Below, piece after piece: positions 47,070 to 53,268 of a stretch of 53,268 bases of DNA. Under the pieces are notes generated by a model. It was not told the DNA's origin, made no database searches, and worked only from the letters and a program-made list of their open reading frames with translations. Location of the stretch: assembly GCA_039680575.1 (NCBI GenBank), contig JBDKSP010000093.1:1-53268 (forward strand). The letters are read 5' to 3'. The stretch's first letter is position 1; the number at the start of each line of letters is the position of its first letter. The DNA comes from Armatimonadota bacterium (GTDB taxonomy: Bacteria; Armatimonadota; UBA5829; DTLH01). A program made the translations under genes and the position numbers.

Positions 47070-49178
47070 ATGGCGGTAAAAGCAACAACAAAAACTAAAT
47101 CGGTAAACCTTGCAGAGATAACGAAGCATAACGATCTGCTTGTGGCAATAGCAGCAGTTGTGGTAATTGGTATGATGATTATGCCTATGCCTCAGTGGCT
47201 GCTCGACGTGCTTCTTACGTTCAATATCACCTTGGCGTTGACGGTTCTCCTTGTGACGATTTACAGCGTTCAGCCGCTGGAGTTTGCGTCATTTCCATCC
47301 ATGCTGCTCATATCGACTCTTTTCAGGTTATCGCTGAATATCGCTGCTACGAGGTTGATCCTTATTAACGGGAGCGCCGGTGCGGTAATCGGCGCATTCG
47401 GTTCGGTCGTAGTCGGTGGGAACTATATAGTAGGGCTCGTAGTTTTCATAATTCTTGTAATCGTGCAATTTGTTGTTATCACGAACGGCACAGGAAGGGT
47501 CGCGGAGGTTGCCGCCAGGTTTACCCTGGACGCCATGCCAGGGAAGCAGATGGCTATCGACGCCGATCTGAACGCAGGAATTATCGATGAAAAGGAAGCC
47601 AAGAAACGCCGGAAAACAGTTTCTCGAGAAGCCGATTTCTACGGAGCTATGGATGGAGCCAGCAAGTTTGTCCGGGGCGATTCAATCGCTTCCATTATTA
47701 TGATCATTATAAACATACTCGGTGGGTTCTTGATCGGTGTGATCCAGCGGCACATGGATTTCATGGCGGCTTTGCAGACTTATACACTGCTCACCATTGG
47801 TCAGGGGCTTGTTACTCAGATTCCCGCTCTCCTGATATCGAGTGCGACCGGCCTTATGGTTACTAAGTCCGCATCAGAGAGCAGTCTCGGTAACGATATG
47901 ATAAGAGAACTTACGGCACAGCCCAAGGCAATGATGGTAACTGCTGGTATCTGCGGCGTCTTCGCCCTTATTCCTGGTCTGCCAAAGCTCCCGTTCCTTC
48001 TCGTTGCCGCCGGTGGAGCTGGAATGGCGCGCATGCTGAAACAGCAATCGGAAGTTAAGGCAACCGCGCCCAAGACAGCGCCGGAAGCTCCCAAGAAGCC
48101 CGAATCTATGACCGATCTGCTTGTAGTCGATCCGATAGAGGTGGAACTTGGTTATGGGTTGATCCCACTTGCCGATCCCAAGCAGGGCGGCGATCTGCTT
48201 GAACGTATTACTGCTGTAAGGCGTCATGCTGCAATGGAACTCGGTCTGATTGTCCCTGCCATAAGGGTCAGAGATAATCTGCAACTGAGACCGAATGTTT
48301 ACAGCGTTAAGCTGAGAGGCTTGGAGATAGCCTCCGGCGAGGTCTATCCCGGCCAGCAGCTTGCAATGAACCCGGGTGCAGCCACAGGTATGCTCAGTGG
48401 AAAAGAGACTACCGAACCTGCTTTCGGACTTCCAGCTATCTGGATCTCCGATATACAGAAGTCTGAGGCTGAAATGTCCGGTTATACGGTCGTCGATCCG
48501 CTCACCGTCCTTGTTACGCATTTAACTGAGCTTATAAGAAAGTATGCGAGTGAGATACTGACGAGACAGGATACTCAGGCTCTTCTCGATAACCTGAAAG
48601 CCCAGTCTCCTGCTGTGGTAGATGAGCTGATACCTCAACTTCTTACAGTTGGAGATGTCCAGAAGGTCCTTCAGAATCTCCTGGCGGAGCGTGTATCGAT
48701 AAAAGACCTTTCGTCGATCCTTGAAACACTGGCAGATACTGCCAGAATCACACGGGACATCGATATGCTGACTGAATATGTGCGCCAGTGTCTCGCAAGG
48801 CAGATAACAAAGCAGTATCAGTCGCCCGATGGGGTGGTTCGAGTTTTTGCACTCGATCCTTCGGTTGAGCAGGTCATAGTCGATGGTTTGAGGCAGACCG
48901 ACGCCGGGATCCAGCTTATTATTGATCCTGTTACCGTGCAAAAAGTCCTTGACGGCACGAAAGTGCAAATGGAACGGATGGCAGCGGTAGGTTATCAACC
49001 TGTAGCTTTCTGCTCGCCGAGAGTGAGAATTTATTACAAGCGTCTTGCGGAACGAATGTCGTCGACACTTGCTGTATTGTCCTACAACGAGTTGCCTTCT
49101 GGCATGAAACTCGAAACCGTAGGTATGGTGACCTTTACCAATGAAGATTCTAAAAATAAAATCCCACAGTATGCATGA
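47070..49178 (+). CDS. flhA: Flagellar biosynthesis protein FlhA
   Basis: RVAEVAARFTLDAMPGKQMAIDADL, FYGAMDGASKFVRGD. Confidence 0.98.
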   Translation: MAVKATTKTKSVNLAEITKHNDLLVAIAAVVVIGMMIMPMPQWLLDVLLTFNITLALTVLLVTIYSVQPLEFASFPSMLLISTLFRLSLNIAATRLILINGSAGAVIGAFGSVVVGGNYIVGLVVFIILVIVQFVVITNGTGRVAEVAARFTLDAMPGKQMAIDADLNAGIIDEKEAKKRRKTVSREADFYGAMDGASKFVRGDSIASIIMIIINILGGFLIGVIQRHMDFMAALQTYTLLTIGQGLVTQIPALLISSATGLMVTKSASESSLGNDMIRELTAQPKAMMVTAGICGVFALIPGLPKLPFLLVAAGGAGMARMLKQQSEVKATAPKTAPEAPKKPESMTDLLVVDPIEVELGYGLIPLADPKQGGDLLERITAVRRHAAMELGLIVPAIRVRDNLQLRPNVYSVKLRGLEIASGEVYPGQQLAMNPGAATGMLSGKETTEPAFGLPAIWISDIQKSEAEMSGYTVVDPLTVLVTHLTELIRKYASEILTRQDTQALLDNLKAQSPAVVDELIPQLLTVGDVQKVLQNLLAERVSIKDLSSILETLADTARITRDIDMLTEYVRQCLARQITKQYQSPDGVVRVFALDPSVEQVIVDGLRQTDAGIQLIIDPVTVQKVLDGTKVQMERMAAVGYQPVAFCSPRVRIYYKRLAERMSSTLAVLSYNELPSGMKLETVGMVTFTNEDSKNKIPQYA

Positions 49179-50208
49179 AGCTCTCGCGGAAGCGAGACGG
49201 CAGTTGGGCGATAACGTGACCGTGCTGCATACGAAGCAGTGCGAAGAACCGGTCATGATGGGGTTTGGCCGCAGGCAGAGTGTCGAGATTTTGGCTGCCG
49301 CGGAGACTCCTGTAATACCGGCTCAGCCCAATGTAAAGCCGCTCTCGGTAAACGCGCCTGCAGGAAGCGGTCTTGAGACTGTGACCCAACAGATAACGGA
49401 CATCAAGCATATTCTGACAAGGCTGGAAAACGAGCATGCAAGTGCTCCTGCGCAGTCCGAGCCATCGCCGATATTCGAGAGGCTTGTAAGAAATGGTGTA
49501 ACTGATACTCTGGCTGAGCTGCTGGTAACCGAGTGCAAGTCTGCCAAAGATTCGAACGTTATATTAAACTCTATTGCACGTAGAATCAATGTATCAGGCC
49601 CGATAACCTGTGGTTCACGGCAGGCGAGAGTGGTCCTTGTCGGCCCAACGGGCGTCGGCAAAACGACTACAGCCGCTAAACTTGCGGCGCTTTACTCCCT
49701 GGTACATAAAAAGAACGTTGCTATGATAACTCTGGATACCTACAGGGTTGCGGCGGTAGAGCAGTTGGGGACATACTCCCGAATACTCAATATTCCGTTT
49801 GAAGTCGCTCTCTGCCCGGAAGATGTCGATCTGCTCATAAGCAAGCATAGGGACAAAGACCTGATCATAATAGATACGGTCGGGCGAAGTCAGAGGAATA
49901 TGGAGCATCTGGCAGAACTTGCGCGGTTCGTTCGCGCTGCCGCGCCTACCGAGGTGCATCTTGTAGTATCGGCATCATCGAGCCAGGCTGTACAGAAAGA
50001 GTCGGTAGAGAGTTTCAGCGCCCTGGCTGCCAACAGGCTTATACTGACCAAGTTGGACGAGTGCCCGCAGGCAGGATGCATTCTGAGCCTTTCGACGAAC
50101 TCGCTTTTGCCGTTTTCTTACATAACATACGGGCAGGAAGTCCCGGATGACATCGCTCAGGCTGAAAAAGACAGGCTTGCAAAGCTTGTCTGGGAAGGAG
50201 CTCTTTAG
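49141..50208 (+). CDS. flhF: Flagellar SRP-family GTPase FlhF
   Basis: GPTGVGKTTT, DTYRVAAVEQL, DTVGR, TKLDE, GQEVPDDI. Confidence 0.94.
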   Translation: MKILKIKSHSMHEALAEARRQLGDNVTVLHTKQCEEPVMMGFGRRQSVEILAAAETPVIPAQPNVKPLSVNAPAGSGLETVTQQITDIKHILTRLENEHASAPAQSEPSPIFERLVRNGVTDTLAELLVTECKSAKDSNVILNSIARRINVSGPITCGSRQARVVLVGPTGVGKTTTAAKLAALYSLVHKKNVAMITLDTYRVAAVEQLGTYSRILNIPFEVALCPEDVDLLISKHRDKDLIIIDTVGRSQRNMEHLAELARFVRAAAPTEVHLVVSASSSQAVQKESVESFSALAANRLILTKLDECPQAGCILSLSTNSLLPFSYITYGQEVPDDIAQAEKDRLAKLVWEGAL

Positions 50209-51096
50209 GTGGACCAGGCAGCGAGATTACGCGAAATTGTCTCAGGTAGTAACCGGTTGACGCCGCTCACAGAAGAGCACCGTGATGCTTCAAAGCGCCA
50301 CCCTGTCGATACGCGGGTCATAGCTGTAACGAGCGGCAAGGGTGGGGTGGGTAAGACCACGATCGCGGTGAATATCGCGCTTCTTCTGGCTGAACAGGGC
50401 AAGCGTGTGCTGATCGTGGACGCTGATCTCGGCCTTGCGAATGTCGATGTCGTGTTGGGGCTGGAGACAGGACGGCATATTGGACATCTGCTCCGTGGTG
50501 ATTTCGGTCCGGAGGATGTTGCGGCTGTCGGTCCGTTAGGTGTGAGGGTCATATCCGGCGGTTCAGGTCTTAAAGAGCTGGCTGAAGCTAAATCGGTGGA
50601 AAGAAAAGTTTTGTTGGAGAAGCTGAAAGCCTATTACGGGGAGTTCGATTACGTCATAATCGACACGAGTCCCGGTATCAGGGACGATGTCATAGATTTT
50701 CTTGTCGACACCGATGATCTATTGCTCGTTACTACTCCCGAGCCGACATCTCTCCGCGACAGTTATGCGCTTATCAAAACTCTTGACAGGCGTGTTCCTA
50801 CTCTTGATATTCAGCTTGTCATTAATATGGTAGCGTCGGATGAGGACGCGAAACGGTCGGTTGCAGTGGTGAACGATGTCGCGCTGAAGTTTTTAGGCAG
50901 AAGCTGCGATATCTGGCACTGTGTGCAAAACGATCCTGTGATATCTGGGACGATACACGCCGGAAAGCCGGTAGTGGTCGCCTATCCCAGATCGGCATCA
51001 TCGATATATCTCAGGCGTTTGGCCGCGTACTTACAGCTTAGCGGCACTCGGCCTGTGGAGCTAGTAACAGGCAAGTGTCCAGGAGACACTAAATAA
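50209..51096 (+). CDS. flhG: MinD-like ATPase FlhG
   Basis: MDQAARLR N-terminus, SGKGGVGKT, DADLGLAN, TPEPTS. Confidence 0.93.
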   Translation: MDQAARLREIVSGSNRLTPLTEEHRDASKRHPVDTRVIAVTSGKGGVGKTTIAVNIALLLAEQGKRVLIVDADLGLANVDVVLGLETGRHIGHLLRGDFGPEDVAAVGPLGVRVISGGSGLKELAEAKSVERKVLLEKLKAYYGEFDYVIIDTSPGIRDDVIDFLVDTDDLLLVTTPEPTSLRDSYALIKTLDRRVPTLDIQLVINMVASDEDAKRSVAVVNDVALKFLGRSCDIWHCVQNDPVISGTIHAGKPVVVAYPRSASSIYLRRLAAYLQLSGTRPVELVTGKCPGDTK

Positions 51097-51144
51097 TCCG
51101 TAATACCAGCGTAATAACGTTTTGTTTTCCTAATAATAGGACTT

Positions 51145-51360
51145 ATGAAAGAGTTTTGGCAGTTAGTTAGTATCTTAATAGCACTGGCCGGTTTCCTGAT
51201 AGTCGCAGGGATTCTCCTCACGAGGGGAGAGTGCCTGCTGACAACTGCATTCAAATCTGTGCTCGTGTTTACCGCACTGTGGGCTGTGCAGAGTGTTTTG
51301 CGTACTCTGCTCAATCTCACGGTCAGCAGCAGCGAGCGGACTGGCTCCGACGAGCGATAA
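51145..51360 (+). CDS. Small two-TM membrane protein (FlgV-like by position only)
   Basis: Two hydrophobic segments, AGGA SD, between flhG and fliA. Confidence 0.55.
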   Translation: MKEFWQLVSILIALAGFLIVAGILLTRGECLLTTAFKSVLVFTALWAVQSVLRTLLNLTVSSSERTGSDER

Positions 51361-51386
51361 GGACATAGGAGCCGAGGTATATCAGT

Positions 51387-52160
51387 ATGTTGAAAATGAA
51401 TGATCTCTGGCAACGCTACAAGACACAGATGGACGATGGAGCACGACAGCAGATAATACTGGCCTATGCTTATCTTGCTAAGTATGTAGTCGATCGAATG
51501 AATTTACGTCCTAACGCGGTAGTCAGTTATGATGACCTTGTAAGTAATGCGATTATAGGGCTGATTGACGCGGTAGAGAAGTTCGATCCCGGCAAGGATG
51601 TCAAGTTCGAGACTTATGCAAGCGTGCGTATACGCGGAGCAGTGCTTGATGTATTGAAGTCGCTTGATTGGAAGCCTCGCTCAGTTCAAGCGTCCGCATC
51701 GGAGCTCAGACAGGTGTTTGCAAAACTGGAAGCGCGCCTCGGACGCGCAGCTACGGACGAAGAAGTGGCTGTAGAGATGGAGATAGACATAGACACGCTG
51801 AACAGTATGCTGGTCGATATCGGGCAATCATCGGTAATGTCGCTTGAAGAGATGATGGCATACGGCGAAGAATGTGATGGTCTGAGTGGCTTCGACCCCG
51901 CCTGCGATCTCGATGGTGATCCTATGTTTGTGGCTCTGGTTGGCGAACGTAAGCAACTGCTTGCTGCGGCCATAGAGGGCTTACCGGAGAAGGAAAAACT
52001 GGTTATCAGCCTTTATTATAAAGATGGACTTACCCTAAAAGAAATAGCGGCGGTCCTGGGTGTCACGGAATCCAGGGCTTGCCAACTCCATTCAAAAGCA
52101 GTAGTCCGGCTCCACGGCAAACTGGCAAGGCACGAGGAATTACTTCTCGCTGCCGCATAA
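51387..52160 (+). CDS. fliA: Flagellar sigma factor FliA/SigD (sigma28)
   Basis: GLIDAVEKFDP, FETYASVRIRGA, LTLKEIAAVLGVTESR. Confidence 0.95.
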   Translation: MLKMNDLWQRYKTQMDDGARQQIILAYAYLAKYVVDRMNLRPNAVVSYDDLVSNAIIGLIDAVEKFDPGKDVKFETYASVRIRGAVLDVLKSLDWKPRSVQASASELRQVFAKLEARLGRAATDEEVAVEMEIDIDTLNSMLVDIGQSSVMSLEEMMAYGEECDGLSGFDPACDLDGDPMFVALVGERKQLLAAAIEGLPEKEKLVISLYYKDGLTLKEIAAVLGVTESRACQLHSKAVVRLHGKLARHEELLLAAA

Positions 52161-52178
52161 AGTTGGAGGTGCGAAGAT

Positions 52179-52472
52179 ATGGATGTTCGGGCGGCAGATA
52201 CAAGCAATCTGGCAGCCAAGCGGCTCGAACTGGATAGTGTCCGGCCTGTAACTCACAAGACTGAAGGTATTGTGGATCAGCAGCAGGCAGTGAGGCTGGC
52301 TGGAGGTGTTGGCGATGATGATTCAGATTCAGAGCCAGAGCCGGAGATGGAATTTGAAGAAGATTCTGAGAGCGAATCGGTCGATAAAGATAATGAACAG
52401 GTAATCGACTGCCGCGATGGTGAAAATGACGGCGGTACCGATGGAAAACATATTTTGGATGTCAGGGTATAG
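52179..52472 (+). CDS. Small acidic hypothetical protein
   Basis: GGAGG SD, D/E-rich centre, C-terminal GKHILDVRV. Confidence 0.6.
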   Translation: MDVRAADTSNLAAKRLELDSVRPVTHKTEGIVDQQQAVRLAGGVGDDDSDSEPEPEMEFEEDSESESVDKDNEQVIDCRDGENDGGTDGKHILDVRV

Positions 52473-52478
52473 TGCAAA

Positions 52479-52964
52479 ATGGTAAATGGATGGTTTGTAT
52501 TTATAGTGGTTACCTGCATAGTCATCTGCAGTGGATTTGTAGTGGCTGCTGCAATAATGCGCGCTTCCTGGGCTAGCCGCGAAAGAGAGGCGCTTACATC
52601 GACGGATTTAAGAGCGCTGGAAGAATCGGCGATGGTCCTTATAGATCAACTCAGGACGGAAGCGGATAGCGGTATCGGTGAGCTGGACAAACGATGTGCT
52701 GAGTTGAAAGAGTTGATCTTGGAAGCTGACAGAAAGATCAGCCAACTGAAGAATATTGCCGCTCAATCCCATGATATTATGCGCAATCTCTCTGACGAAG
52801 TTTGCGTAGCTTCACCGGTTATTGATTCCGAGTCCGAAAAGAACTACATAAAGGCCCTTGATCTGGCATCAAAAGGTATGGAATGCGCTGAAATAGCTAA
52901 GACTGTCGGGCTTGACGCTGCAGAAGTTAACCTGATACTCAGTCTGGGATTAAAGACAAGGTAG
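52479..52964 (+). CDS. Membrane-anchored coiled-coil protein with C-terminal HTH-like end (SwrB/YlxL or DUF2802-like)
   Basis: N-terminal TM, coiled coil, KGMECAEIAKTVGLDAAEVNLIL; last gene after the sigma28 gene. Confidence 0.65.
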   Translation: MVNGWFVFIVVTCIVICSGFVVAAAIMRASWASREREALTSTDLRALEESAMVLIDQLRTEADSGIGELDKRCAELKELILEADRKISQLKNIAAQSHDIMRNLSDEVCVASPVIDSESEKNYIKALDLASKGMECAEIAKTVGLDAAEVNLILSLGLKTR

Positions 52965-52991
52965 ATAGGTTCAATGTAAGGTTTTTTACAG

Positions 52992-53031
52992 AATGACGGC
53001 CACTCCCCAAAAGAGAGTGGCCGTTATTTTT
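52992..53031. terminator. Rho-independent terminator between the flagellar operon and convergent flagellin
   Basis: AATGACGGCCACTC...GAGTGGCCGTTATT then T-run. Confidence 0.85.
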
Positions 53032-53053
53032 GTCATTTGCGATTTAGTCGCTA

Positions 53054-53268
53054 TTACTGCAGTAATCTAAGGAGATACTGGGGCGACTGGTTGGCCTGAG
53101 TAAGCATCGATGTGCCGGCCTGCATCAAGATCTGGTTCTTGGTGAACGTAACCATCTCATCCGCCATATCGACGTCTCTGATCGCACTTTCCGATGCAGA
53201 GATGTTCTCTTTTGCTACTCCCAGGGAATTGATGTTCGACTCGAGGTCCTTCTGAGTAGCGCCGAGTT
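53054..53268 (-). CDS. fliC: Flagellin, C-terminal end (truncated by window; absent from the ORF track)
   Basis: Minus-strand translation LGATQKDLESNINSLGVAKENISASESAIRDVDMADEMVTFTKNQILMQAGTSMLTQANQSPQYLLRLLQ then TAA TAG. Confidence 0.95.
   Translation of the reverse strand, partial: LGATQKDLESNINSLGVAKENISASESAIRDVDMADEMVTFTKNQILMQAGTSMLTQANQSPQYLLRLLQ

Noticed and set aside
28074..52964. Absence of flgF/G, flgA/H/I, flgK/L, fliD/S and flgM/N as evidence of an incomplete flagellum
   Set aside because: These genes usually lie in a separate cluster, and a convergent flagellin locus begins at the window edge
1..53268. CRISPR array, tRNA or rRNA genes
   Set aside because: No regularly spaced direct repeats, cas genes, cloverleaf or rRNA-like sequence seen

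Overview
Bacterial genomic window, probably from an Armatimonadota-like or other Terrabacteria lineage (inferred from gene content only, not verified). 1-6 kb is a decayed accessory patch: an AAC(3)-family gene with an apparent internal deletion, two orphan Rhs toxin-immunity modules each starting at a copy of a REP-like hairpin, and an IS3 left end fused to an RDD fragment. 6-16 kb holds ordinary genes (DUF1573, FAD oxidoreductase with SLH-like tail, tricorn-like S41 protease, msrB, typA). 16-22 kb is a signalling operon (PAS hybrid kinase, NtrC-type activator, sensorless kinase, lone receiver, rpoN with a Cys4 insert). 22-28 kb has an MFS plus beta-propeller block bracketed by the same hairpins and a glycosidase-like gene. 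28-53 kb is a Firmicutes-style flagellar operon (flgB to fliA) with three sigma54 -24/-12 promoters, followed by a convergent flagellin 3' end. Best leads: a HEXXH toxin paired with a TIMP/NTR-like immunity protein; a structured RNA between an RNase-like flagellar operon gene and flgE; a locally encoded sigma54 circuit for the flagellar operon; a MITE with a 9-bp target duplication beside the flgB promoter; eroded chemotaxis interfaces (FliM N-terminus, CheX-like protein). All calls are by eye, with no database searches.
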